Virus record (IMG/VR): IMGVR_UViG_3300028832_000142
Length of the DNA: 64,000 nt
DNA from: an uncultured virus (IMG/VR IMGVR_UViG_3300028832_000142)
Taxonomy: Duplodnaviria > Heunggongvirae > Uroviricota > Caudoviricetes
Direction: 5' to 3' (one strand)
In this document: one piece after another, positions 29,354-40,000 of the stretch
Position numbering within the stretch: the stretch's first letter is position 1
How the letters are laid out: the number at the start of each line of letters is the position of its first letter
Made by a program: the position numbers and the translations under genes
The notes under the pieces: model-generated
Told to the model about the DNA's origin: nothing
Databases searched by the model: none
What the model saw: only the letters and a program-made list of their open reading frames with translations

Positions 29354-30394
29354 TCACACATAAAACAACATACTCAGAGTATTGTATCCTGCTATGCCGT
29401 CCATAACAAGTCCGTTCTTCTGCTGGAAGTCGAGAGTTGCCTTACGAGTCTTCTCTCCAAAATATCCATCTATCTGACCAGGATTGAAGCTCATTTCTGT
29501 AAGTCTCGTCTGTAGCCATTTGACACATTCTCCAACAGAATATATATCCCATTTAAGCTTGTTACGATCAAACTTAGCCTGCAATGCTATACTCTTCCTA
29601 ACTGCCTGAGTCTTAGGACCGTCTATGCCATCTACAGCAAGTAACTCGCCTATAGCCTTCATAGAATATCCATCTTTATTTGCAGCAGTCTGGAAGTTCA
29701 TAATATTGACATTTGGAGTGATAACAGAAGGATTGACCGGAGTAGGTATAACATCTTCTGTATCATCGAAGTATACTTCGTCCATATCCACATTGCCAGA
29801 TATACCAGCAACATGTCCCTTAGAACTGTACTGCCAAATATCAATCTTATTCTTTATGGAGTCAGGTAGAGGCTTCACTATTTCCTGACTGTTAGCAGAA
29901 TACCAGTTTGCATACCACACCTTAAGACCCGGGATGAACTGCTTGATTTGATTGGTGTCAAAATAGTTATTCCAGTAATCCTGATTCAAATATAAAACTG
30001 GTATAAAGCCTTCTGCCTGGACTTCTTTAAGGAAGTTTATAGCAAATGCTGTAGCCATCTGTTTCGTTATGTTAACACCGTTCTTACGAGCGTAGTTAAC
30101 AGAGTCATATTCGAAGTCAAAAGCAATATAACATTTCTTCCAGAACTTCTTAGCTGCTTCTACAGCATAATGACCCTCGTTCGTAGCCATTGCTTCAGTA
30201 AATGCATAGCTGAACCAATATATACCACCTGGTATGTTCAGATTAAGCATAGCCTGAGCATTTGCTTCATATTTCGGATCCCAGTTATTCTTACCCCATC
30301 CGGCACGTAATATAACACGCTCGACTTTAGCCTCGTCACGAACACGTTTCATATTAACAGTACCTTGGTAATTTGAAATATCAATCGCTTTCAT
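29354..30394 (-). CDS. Endolysin: GH25 muramidase plus peptidoglycan-binding domains
   Basis: IDISNYQG, DFE, WQYSSKG.V.GISGNVDMD; C-terminal DGIDGPKT, DGYFGEKT and DGIAG repeats. Confidence 0.92.
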   Translation of the reverse strand: MKAIDISNYQGTVNMKRVRDEAKVERVILRAGWGKNNWDPKYEANAQAMLNLNIPGGIYWFSYAFTEAMATNEGHYAVEAAKKFWKKCYIAFDFEYDSVNYARKNGVNITKQMATAFAINFLKEVQAEGFIPVLYLNQDYWNNYFDTNQIKQFIPGLKVWYANWYSANSQEIVKPLPDSIKNKIDIWQYSSKGHVAGISGNVDMDEVYFDDTEDVIPTPVNPSVITPNVNIMNFQTAANKDGYSMKAIGELLAVDGIDGPKTQAVRKSIALQAKFDRNKLKWDIYSVGECVKWLQTRLTEMSFNPGQIDGYFGEKTRKATLDFQQKNGLVMDGIAGYNTLSMLFYV

Positions 30395-30413
30395 TTTATC
30401 TCCTTTCTAAAGA

Positions 30414-30577
30414 AAACACACATCCTCATAAAAGCGAGGGGAAATCTTAATGCCTTATTTATTTTTGGGCCCCTATAGCCTTGGTAGGTTTTCTGCGTCG
30501 TTGTGCGACCAATTCTATAGAGACAAATATGTAGTTGTAATGTTGTATGCGAGGATCTTTTATAAGAATGTGTGTTT
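30414..30577 (-). ncRNA. Candidate structured RNA in the endolysin leader
   Basis: 21-bp closing stem whose only two mismatches become G-U pairs on the transcribed strand; nested inner stems. Confidence 0.45.
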
Positions 30578-30583
30578 GAGAAC

Positions 30584-32248
30584 TTAGATATTAAAACCTA
30601 CAAAGAAACATAATGTTTCATTAGTTGATCCAGAAAGATTCATAAAATACATTTTAGGACTACCGTCAGCAACATTCCATTCAGTTTCACCGGTAGCCTT
30701 TGATAATGTATAAAAGTAATAATTACTATTGGCGGCAGTTCTTCCCCATCCATGCAGGGAAGATCTTAATCCTATATTTAATGTCGAACCCTGACTAGCA
30801 TAATTTTGTTTTACTGCTGTTACCCATTCTGGACAAGACGCAGCATAATCGACACCTCTACTTTCTTTCTGGGCCCACAAATCATCATACACAGTAATAT
30901 TCATATAAGATACATCTGTAAAACAATTCTGAACACCATCAAAAGACCATACTTCTGCTAACGAAGGAACCCACAAAGTATCTAATGACGATACTGTTAC
31001 TGTGGTCGTTGTATCATGATTATGTTCTGATCTAGTTAGTGCAATATTAGATCCTTTAGTGTCTTTGCTAACGGCTTTTATTTTTTGTCTTAAACTCGTA
31101 GGAAACATAGGTAACAATATCTTTTCTAAAAACTGTTTGGCATAAGTCGAATTCCAATGATCCCATCCATTATTGTTACTTTCTCCTATACGAGATGGTA
31201 TTATATCATTAGTGTGTAACGGACCCAATGTGTCGTTTCTTAAAGAAACTGCTCTTGTTGAAAGAAATGTTCCCTCCGCAACTTTCATGAATGGTATTAC
31301 TAAAGGACTGTAATATGCACCATCTTGATACTCGGTTGATGCGTGAATATCATAATAAAGTGGCGTTGTACCGTCTTCTTGACTTTTAATAGCGCTATAC
31401 AATCTTCTAGCTGATGAATTGGTTCTCACAATAGGAACAGTAACGGATTTCCATTGACCAATTGCCATATCTTCCCATTCGCCAGCAAACTCTCCTTCAC
31501 CATGTGTACCAGCTTTAAATATAGGTGTAAATTCGCTTGCGGCATGTATTTTAGTATCGGAAGGTGCCCACCCGGCAAACGGTAAACCTCCTGTTGCATC
31601 AACAGGATTGGGTTCTGTTTTATATATAGTTGCATCTGCTCCCTCAAGTACTGTAAGTTTCTCGTTTACAGATGATTTATTCTTATCATTATAAAATATA
31701 ACAGGAAACTGCGCTACACCACCAGCACCTATTGTACCGCCTCTTTGAGCAACAGACTGAGCATCTGAAAAGGTTATTGATTTTACAGCAGTATATCCCA
31801 TAGATTCAGCATGGAAAGTACCTTCATCAAGATTTGCTTGGGATATAACAACATTGTCAACTATACCTTCCCATTCCCCAGAATGATCAACATTGACTAT
31901 AATATTACCCCATTGAGCATTCTCGCCATGTTCTTCTCTGGCGTTATATGTCCTATTCTCAGTCATATTATTAACTTCAAAATCGACAGTATTTATAGCA
32001 CCGTTGTTTATTTGCTCACCGGATGTATCATCTGTAACATTAAGTGTTACTTGTTTCCAAACAGTACCAGCAGGAGCTGAATATGTTTTATTTAACTGAG
32101 AAAGTTTCTCATTTATCTCTTTGTTTTTAACCACAAAAGCAGCATCTTTGTTAATCTCACTCATACAATTGCATATAGCGTCTCTTACGTCTTCACCATC
32201 AGATGCTTCTCTTATTATCTGTAAATAAGGATCTATATTAACCGCCAT
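30584..32248 (-). CDS. Tail fibre / receptor-binding-like protein
   Basis: Last gene of the tail module; C-terminal LWVPSLAEV...GLRS...VGFNI resembles a DUF6273/CLec-like domain. Confidence 0.6.
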   Translation of the reverse strand: MAVNIDPYLQIIREASDGEDVRDAICNCMSEINKDAAFVVKNKEINEKLSQLNKTYSAPAGTVWKQVTLNVTDDTSGEQINNGAINTVDFEVNNMTENRTYNAREEHGENAQWGNIIVNVDHSGEWEGIVDNVVISQANLDEGTFHAESMGYTAVKSITFSDAQSVAQRGGTIGAGGVAQFPVIFYNDKNKSSVNEKLTVLEGADATIYKTEPNPVDATGGLPFAGWAPSDTKIHAASEFTPIFKAGTHGEGEFAGEWEDMAIGQWKSVTVPIVRTNSSARRLYSAIKSQEDGTTPLYYDIHASTEYQDGAYYSPLVIPFMKVAEGTFLSTRAVSLRNDTLGPLHTNDIIPSRIGESNNNGWDHWNSTYAKQFLEKILLPMFPTSLRQKIKAVSKDTKGSNIALTRSEHNHDTTTTVTVSSLDTLWVPSLAEVWSFDGVQNCFTDVSYMNITVYDDLWAQKESRGVDYAASCPEWVTAVKQNYASQGSTLNIGLRSSLHGWGRTAANSNYYFYTLSKATGETEWNVADGSPKMYFMNLSGSTNETLCFFVGFNI

Positions 32249-32525
32249 TATTTTCACCTCCATTAGAATTAGGCGCCAGTGTATTTACCCAGGTGTCCCC
32301 GTCTAATTCCCAACCATCAGGAGGCGGATTTAAGGTGCCATCTGGATTTTCCGGAAGCCAATCAATGATTCCTATATATTTTGTGTTATGTCTAAGCACA
32401 TTTTCATTATGAGATTCAAGCAATCTATCTAAACATATAAGAAGAGCATCTTTTACTTCTTGACCGTCCGTAGCATTCTGCAAATGCTGTTGAATCATAA
32501 TCCATCTTGGATCGACATTTACCAT
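32238..32525 (-). CDS. Small tail-associated protein
   Basis: N-terminus paralogous to 30584-32248 (VN.DP....Q..A.DG.(E/D)V(K/R)DA...C). Confidence 0.6.
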   Translation of the reverse strand: MVNVDPRWIMIQQHLQNATDGQEVKDALLICLDRLLESHNENVLRHNTKYIGIIDWLPENPDGTLNPPPDGWELDGDTWVNTLAPNSNGGENNGG

Positions 32526-32544
32526 AAATCCGTCTCCTTTCTTA

Positions 32545-33066
32545 TTACATTGTGTATTCGGTCTTTAATGTATAAAGTAATGCAGCATTACCTCTAGCTG
32601 GCACTGTAAGTGGTGTTGATAATACTGTACGATCTAATAAGAAAATCCTATTACCTCCAGCTGTTCCGCCAACAGCATTAGCAACCCACAAATTATATTT
32701 ATATCCAATTTCTTTTATTATTATATCAGAAGCAGTGGTGTTACTAAACACACAATTCAAAGTGACACTGGGAAGATTATTTTGCATACTTTTCACGGTT
32801 GTGGACGTCATAGATAATCCGGTTGTTATGGTATTTTCAAGAATATAATCTTCGTCCGTAGCAGCTGTGTCACCAGTTCCAACAGATATGCCAGCAGACT
32901 GAGCGTTTGTTGTTAAAGACGTATATCTTTGTGACGGAGCATATCCACTAGCATAATATACCGTTCCATTAGTTGATTTTAACGAAACATCATAACCATA
33001 TGCTATATCAGCAAAAGCATTTCCTAAAAGCTGCTGAACCGTTCTTTTCCACCATTTTGTTATCAT
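32545..33066 (-). CDS. Tail protein (tail-collar-like)
   Basis: VGTG.TAAT..DY.LE, IKEIG and LDRTVL motifs. Confidence 0.65.
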   Translation of the reverse strand: MITKWWKRTVQQLLGNAFADIAYGYDVSLKSTNGTVYYASGYAPSQRYTSLTTNAQSAGISVGTGDTAATDEDYILENTITTGLSMTSTTVKSMQNNLPSVTLNCVFSNTTASDIIIKEIGYKYNLWVANAVGGTAGGNRIFLLDRTVLSTPLTVPARGNAALLYTLKTEYTM

Positions 33067-36000
33067 TGAATCGTTACCTCCGATATAAATGTTAATCCAG
33101 TAGTATCATAAGTCACATCTACAGTAACTTCATTAAGTTGATATGACAGTATATTAGAATAAAATTGAATAGTATCTGTTGCACCTCCACCTTGAGGAAT
33201 ATCCATGATGCCCTGTACTACATCGCTAAGGGACTGACTTGCGGGTGTTGAGCCCTTAGCTACGCAGGCATCATATATCGCATCAACACCATCCTGGAAA
33301 TTTGATTGAAGAGTAGCTATATCAGTTGGGGTTGCCACACCATAAACATCATTACCAATTTGAACCTTTGACAAATCATAACTAGCCGGAGCCGAAGGAT
33401 TAGCTATAACAGTTGTTCCCCCAGAAGATTCTTGATATGGAAACTCTATAACTATTATAGATGCAACAAAATCATTAGGTGTTAACGTGTCAAGTTTATT
33501 AAAATTTTGATAAAGACTTACACTATTATAAAGCTGAGGATTGTTATCTATAGCAAACAAAATTCCATTCGTTATCTGTGATGGTAAAATTTCTGATTCT
33601 TCGTTATCGTGTATACCTAAAGTAACATATGGTGATATAGTTTTAGACGTTCCAGACTGAGGAAAAGCTATAAATTGATCAGACGTGGATATTCCTTTTA
33701 CTGATGAACTTTCATTTGGAATATCAAGAAATGATTGTATAGCTAATATCATTTTACTTCCGTAATTTGTGGTATAGACATTTTGTAATGACTGATAATC
33801 TATAAGAGAATTATCACGTAATACATTTATGGTACTAGTATTAAAATTGTTAATCTTAAATATATTTCTTAAAATCTGTCCGTCACCTGCGTCTTCGTCT
33901 CTATACCATCTAAATATTACTTTATCACCTACTTCAAGATATATCAAATTAAAGAACCAATATGAATGATTTGAATCGTTGTGAATATATTTATAGACTA
34001 AAGGCGGATTATTTAATGTATAATAATCTGTTCCTGAAACAACATAGTTAGTACTGGCAGGTATATAACAATAATTTCCAAAATGTTCGCCATAAGTATA
34101 CCAACCTAAAGCTTTTGGATCTTCATCGCCAACTGGTGTGATTTGAGTATAAGCTAACGTGTCTGTTTTTTCTATAGAAACAAAATTAAATGCCACGCTT
34201 CCGATAGCGCTTAATGCTAACATTTGTATACCGTAAAATCCAGAATTATTTATAGTATATTCTAATTTTTCAGCAACGGCGTGCGCTTGAGGATTAGTAT
34301 AATCCGGTTCGTATGACGTAACATCATATAATAATGAAAAAATATCAGCTTCGGTAGGCGATATAGAATCAACAAATATATCTCGGCTATCAAAAGTTAC
34401 ATCACCTGTTTCTGTATATACATTACCAACTCGTAACCTTGTGTTTCGTCCGTTTTTTAAATTTAAATTAATAAAACGACCGTAATTATCAGAATTAGTC
34501 GTTAAATAATGACAAATGCTCTTATTTAAATATAGATCTCTAATAAAATGACTTCCATATCCTATTTTATTAGAATTATATGTGCGAAAACCTTGTTCGG
34601 TGTATACATTGATATTAGCTTCTTTATCACTATTTAATAAAGAAACCCCGCCAAGTTTTACATCTCTGACTTTTATAAAATCAGAACTATCTATTTCTGC
34701 TATTCCTGTTTCAGGATCAACTATAGAAAGATCATCTACAGTAACATCAGTAACTCCTAAATTTTGAACCTCTATCTCTGCTACTCCTGTTTCAGGATTA
34801 ACAACATCATCGCCATTTACAGTAACTCCTTTAACCGGAACTTGAATATCAGCCGTACCAGTAGATCTATCAACTATACTATCTCCACCATCCATGGTAA
34901 TGTCTTTAACATATCCTGATAAATCTATTTTAGAAGTCTTTTTCTTAACTGTGGTTTTGTATTTTTCATCACCAGGTTCCTGGATCATTACGTCCTTAAC
35001 CGGTATGTTAACATCTCCACCGCCTGAAGATCCTCCAGAACCAGTACCGCCTCCGCCAGTTGTACCTGAGGATGATCTAGTAGATCCGCCTTTACTTTTA
35101 ACGATATCAGTCAATTCTCGTTTAGGAGGAGTACCAATAGTAATCTGTTTAGCGCCGGAACCAAGATCCATAGAAATTTTATAAATAGGAAGACGTTTCT
35201 CTGGTAAACCATGAATTGATGACATAAGTGTTACCATCTGACCTATTCTAAGTTTACCTTCTGTTCTTTTATCATCGTCCGGAATATAATGCAGATCTGC
35301 AGCTGAACATTCTATTGTTACTATTTCTGTATTCTGATCTTCGAGCCACTCTGCAGCTTTTATGAATAGTTGTTCTTTACCATCTTGAGATTCTGAAATA
35401 ATATCAGACCAGTTTTTAATTTTAACAACTCGTCCGTACTTTTCGTAACCCTGTTTGTGATAAATATATTCACCCGTATGATAAATCTCATTACCAGAAG
35501 GAGCTACATATGGATTTTCTTCTTTATATTTATTAAGACCAGACACTGTTTTATCGTCTTTGCCTAACGCAAGGAGAACTGTACAAACATCAGCACCATT
35601 CAAATCTTGATTTAAATCAAGAAGATTCTCACCAAATACTATCTTTTGCGTAGTACCATAAGGAGGCTCTTTTCTCCAATCTAAATAAGTTTTAAGGTTA
35701 CCATCTTCAGGATCTACAGCTTTTCTGAGTATAAAATATCCACCATTTGTATCCAAACACATCTGCTGTAAACACTCAGCAGTAGTATTATAGTCTACTT
35801 CACGATAAATATTATTTTCATCATCAACATCTATAGTTCCTATAAATATCTGTCTTGATGTATCTTCACCGGCGATGTGAACTTGATCATTATGAAGATC
35901 TACAATAGTGTTAATAAAACCTTTTTTACCGGATTGATAATCTGGATGAGTATATAAAGGTAACTTCTCATATGTATGAGTAGCCTGAATTGAATCATTG

Positions 36001-36281
36001 AAATATGCAAGAGCACCTTCGCATGTTACGACTTTCTGATTCTTCCAATTTCTAACAATCTGCAAAGGTCTACCGAACCAAATAATATCGTCACCTTCAT
36101 AAATTCGTATCTCGCCTTTGAATACTTGAATATTATTCCAAGCCCATTCATTTTCAACTGGTATTGTAAACGTAAAAGTACCAGCTGAATTGAGTTCTTC
36201 ATCAAGTTTGGGTTCTAGAATGGAGTCACTTAAATCGTTACCCCATATCATGCGACCAAGATACTCAATTTGATACATCAT
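33063..36281 (-). CDS. Tail tip / baseplate hub (prophage tail endopeptidase-like) with C-terminal extension
   Basis: Follows distal tail gene; AGTFTFTIP, CEGALAYFNDS, FGENLLD; internal V.DV...G.SIV repeats. Confidence 0.8.
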   Translation of the reverse strand: MMYQIEYLGRMIWGNDLSDSILEPKLDEELNSAGTFTFTIPVENEWAWNNIQVFKGEIRIYEGDDIIWFGRPLQIVRNWKNQKVVTCEGALAYFNDSIQATHTYEKLPLYTHPDYQSGKKGFINTIVDLHNDQVHIAGEDTSRQIFIGTIDVDDENNIYREVDYNTTAECLQQMCLDTNGGYFILRKAVDPEDGNLKTYLDWRKEPPYGTTQKIVFGENLLDLNQDLNGADVCTVLLALGKDDKTVSGLNKYKEENPYVAPSGNEIYHTGEYIYHKQGYEKYGRVVKIKNWSDIISESQDGKEQLFIKAAEWLEDQNTEIVTIECSAADLHYIPDDDKRTEGKLRIGQMVTLMSSIHGLPEKRLPIYKISMDLGSGAKQITIGTPPKRELTDIVKSKGGSTRSSSGTTGGGGTGSGGSSGGGDVNIPVKDVMIQEPGDEKYKTTVKKKTSKIDLSGYVKDITMDGGDSIVDRSTGTADIQVPVKGVTVNGDDVVNPETGVAEIEVQNLGVTDVTVDDLSIVDPETGIAEIDSSDFIKVRDVKLGGVSLLNSDKEANINVYTEQGFRTYNSNKIGYGSHFIRDLYLNKSICHYLTTNSDNYGRFINLNLKNGRNTRLRVGNVYTETGDVTFDSRDIFVDSISPTEADIFSLLYDVTSYEPDYTNPQAHAVAEKLEYTINNSGFYGIQMLALSAIGSVAFNFVSIEKTDTLAYTQITPVGDEDPKALGWYTYGEHFGNYCYIPASTNYVVSGTDYYTLNNPPLVYKYIHNDSNHSYWFFNLIYLEVGDKVIFRWYRDEDAGDGQILRNIFKINNFNTSTINVLRDNSLIDYQSLQNVYTTNYGSKMILAIQSFLDIPNESSSVKGISTSDQFIAFPQSGTSKTISPYVTLGIHDNEESEILPSQITNGILFAIDNNPQLYNSVSLYQNFNKLDTLTPNDFVASIIVIEFPYQESSGGTTVIANPSAPASYDLSKVQIGNDVYGVATPTDIATLQSNFQDGVDAIYDACVAKGSTPASQSLSDVVQGIMDIPQGGGATDTIQFYSNILSYQLNEVTVDVTYDTTGLTFISEVTIQ

Positions 36282-37075
36282 AATAGCTTACCTCCAGAAT
36301 ACTCAAGTCTAAGTATAGAGTTGCCTTTAAACACTAATATGTTTTCACCAGGATATAATACAAAATCATTATCTCCAGTTGCAAGATATATCGGCCAATA
36401 TAATACTGGATTAAATTCGCTTTGGATCATTGCATATACTTCATCCTCATCAGATGCTCTATACACTTTAAGAGGACTAGTTACATTAATAACACAAGTA
36501 GATTCATTTTCGCTAATAAGTGTATGTGTCTTAATGTTGTTAACAGAGAATTTATTGTAATGTATAATGTTGGAGAACAAATCGTTCCATTTCCAACCGT
36601 TAGTCTTTAATTTATCTAAAGGATATTTATATGGATCAAGATTATACTGGATTGAAATTGAAGAATAATCCTTGTTGCCAAATTGTCCGGTAACGGATAA
36701 TCTTCCAGACCAATAATAATCGTCATCATCATCTAATATAATTTTTTCAAACCTTTTACCATGTAAACGAAGTAAAATTTCAGAATATAATTCATACCAA
36801 TTACTATACCCGTTGTCTATGATAAAATCCCATTGACCGGTACGATTAGCGTACCTGGGCTTACCGGTTAAAGCTTCAGTATAATCCAAAGCACCATCTG
36901 CACCAGGTACGTCAATGTACTCAGTTTTTACTTGAGGGGCAGCGACAAACGGGCGACTTTTAGGAGCCATCTTCCATGTACTCCATGTATTCAACTTTAA
37001 TCCATTTGACTCAAAAGTTATTGAATGCATACCGTTTCCGGTATCTGGGTTCATTGAATAGTTAAAATCGCCCAT
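36278..37075 (-). CDS. Distal tail protein (Dit)
   Basis: IDVPGADGALD.TEALTG.P.Y.NRTG; follows tape measure. Confidence 0.82.
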   Translation of the reverse strand: MGDFNYSMNPDTGNGMHSITFESNGLKLNTWSTWKMAPKSRPFVAAPQVKTEYIDVPGADGALDYTEALTGKPRYANRTGQWDFIIDNGYSNWYELYSEILLRLHGKRFEKIILDDDDDYYWSGRLSVTGQFGNKDYSSISIQYNLDPYKYPLDKLKTNGWKWNDLFSNIIHYNKFSVNNIKTHTLISENESTCVINVTSPLKVYRASDEDEVYAMIQSEFNPVLYWPIYLATGDNDFVLYPGENILVFKGNSILRLEYSGGKLL

Positions 37076-37080
37076 AAATA

Positions 37081-40000
37081 TCAGTACCTCCCTCTGCTAT
37101 TGTATAAGGCCTTAGCTCCTAAAGCTTTGTCCATCGGTTCAACTAACTGCCCAACAAGGGCGCCAGTATTCATTACTATCTGCATTTTGGATATTGCATC
37201 CTGCAGACCGGAAATATCAGACCTAAGAGCCCCTATTTCCCTTACAACGTCGTCATTATTGATTCCATTAATAGCGTTTATAATCTGCTGAGTAGATGTG
37301 TCATCGTCTCTAGTCGTCGGGGTCAGTCTTGAAATGTTACCATTCAGATTTATACCCTGAGCATTAGCAAACCAAGACTGAATATCAGTGTAACCCTGAT
37401 TGATAGATTCCATATCAAACACAGGACGTATAACAGGCTGATACACATTATCTTCTGACCATCCATTTGTAACAGCAGCTATATTAGCTTTCATCTGATT
37501 TAAAATATCATTCGCTGCCTGATCAGATAACTTCTCAACATTTTCAGCTCCGTCTTCAAAACCGATACCGAAACCGTCCATGGTATATTCACCAAGCTCT
37601 TCCATGACTTTAGAAGGTGAATGCATCCTAAGAACACGCTGAAATGCGTTGATTATCTGAGCGCAGAATGCAGTAATTTTAGAAAGAATCTGAGGTATGC
37701 GATTAGCCATACCATTTGAGAAGCCGTCGAACATATTATATGCAGTCTGCTGGAATTTCTGAGGCTGTATCTCGTTCTTAAAACAATTAAATATCAGACC
37801 ACCTAACTGACGAGTATGTTGACGTAAAAGCATCTGAGATTGTGAATTAGTCAAACCAATAGCAAAACCTTCAGTTGCCCATACGCCCATCTGCTCTGTT
37901 TTATGAGAAGGTGAACTTTCGTCCAAACATTCATCACTCATAAGAGCATCAAGTGCATTATTACCCATGGCTTTCATGTTAGTATTAGCAGCATCCTGCA
38001 CTATACCATTTGCGAAACCTAAAGAAGCGTTAAAACCAGCATCACGATAAGCCTGTTCTATTTCTTTAGTTCCGTAATCAGGCATAAATTCAGCTGCAGC
38101 CCAACGTCTGTTAGCCATCTGAAGCTGTTCGTCAGTCATATCTACAAAAGCTTTAACCTTAGCTGCACCCTCAGGACCCATATTCTTAAGCTCATTAAGT
38201 AAGCCTTCGGACATGCCTCTAGCAGCAAGGGTAGATATGTTACGAGCCCATTCACCAACCTGTCTAATATTCTCTGACATACGATAAAGCATTTCTTCAG
38301 GATCAATATATTCCTGTTCTTTGACCTCATCAAATATGTTATGCATAGCAGAAGCGATGGAATCATGAAGATTGTCTCTAAATTCTTTAAGTTTATCCTC
38401 AGTATCATCTAAACTATCGCCAAATCCACCCATAGCATCAGTGCCATCAAGCACTGCTTTTGTAGCATCTTCCATATCAAAACCATAATCTTTAAGTGCT
38501 TTCTGAGCATAATCAAGATTATCGTTCGTTTCTTCAAGATACTTGTTATACTTATACATAGCGGCTGAATCGGCATCTTTGAAAGCGGAACCTTGTTCAT
38601 CTTTCATGTCCTGCCATCTCATACCCCTCTGACCAGCAGTTGCTTGATAAAGAGATGGATTAACTACTTCGTTTACATACTCGCGCCAATATTCTATATG
38701 AGATTTAACATCATCATCAACTTCTTTACCTAAAGCGTTACCTATTATACTACCAGCATCAACACCAAAAGATTTAAGATCGCCAGTGTATTGAGTAATA
38801 TCCATATCACCAAATATGCTACCAAATAAACCATCTTTATTAAATACCGACTCTAAACCAGAAGCTATATTGTTACCAATATCTGCTCCGCCAGTCTTAG
38901 CTTTATCAACTACATCTGTTATAGTTTTATTAAATGAATCGTCAGTCTTTTCAGAAGTTTCTTCTACTTTTGCACCAGCTTCTTCGGCTTTCTCTCCAGT
39001 ATCTGCTATTGCAGTATTAACGTCTTCTATGTCATTTGTAATATGCTGTATTTCTGACTGAGGACCAGAACCATAAAGTTGATCTAAGTTAAATTCTCCT
39101 TGATCAATATCATCGCTCGTTATTTTCATAGCGTTGATTAATTTTTCTTTATCTCCAGCGTATTCGTCTGACAAATACTGAATATACTCTTCTGGTATTC
39201 TGAGATTTTCTACCATTTGGAGCCATTCCTGATCAAATTCTCCATTGTAATCAGAAACTTCTTTTCTGACTGTATTAATCTCGTTAATTATTTCAGCCCA
39301 CTCTTCAACGGTTCTTCTACCTTGTTCAATAGAACCTCTACCAGCAGATTCTCTAGTTATACCGGCTACTCTTTTTAAATCGTTTTTAGCAGCGTCCCAA
39401 TTAGCAGCGACTTCTTTAGCAGCTGCTTCGGCTGCATATTTTCTTTGTATAGCTACATTGGGGAGCATTTTACTTAAATCAAGCTCGTTAATCTTATCAG
39501 TTATAGCATTAGCTATAGCTTCGGCTAAACCTTCAAAAGCACCTAGTATACCATGAACTAATAAATCACCTATAAATTTACCAGCATTTGTTAATTTTTC
39601 TTTTTCAGCAGGATCATCTATTTTTTCAGCAATTTGATCAATCATACTTTCCACGGCTGCTAGTATAATTGGCATGGCAGCTGCTAAACCTATCAAGAAA
39701 GATGTTACAAATGCCACTGCTTGGAGAGCCATTTTAACCTGCTGAGCCCCAAGTATAGCCATAATACCAACTATAATTATAGAGACAGCAGTTAATATTT
39801 CGGACGAATTATCTCTAATAGCTTTAGCTACACCCTGTATTGCTGCGGTAGCATTCGAAGCTATTTGGTGAGCATCTAATTTTGAATTATTTATTTTTAT
39901 TATAGCATCTACAAACAAATCAGTAGCTAATGCAAAAGCAAATATACCAGCTTCAAATATAGCAAAAGCTGTAACCATTTTAATTATTCCTTTAGCGAAA

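Noticed and set aside
30584..31100. Diversity-generating retroelement target (CLec-like C-terminus)
   Set aside because: No reverse transcriptase and no template-repeat copy seen in this window
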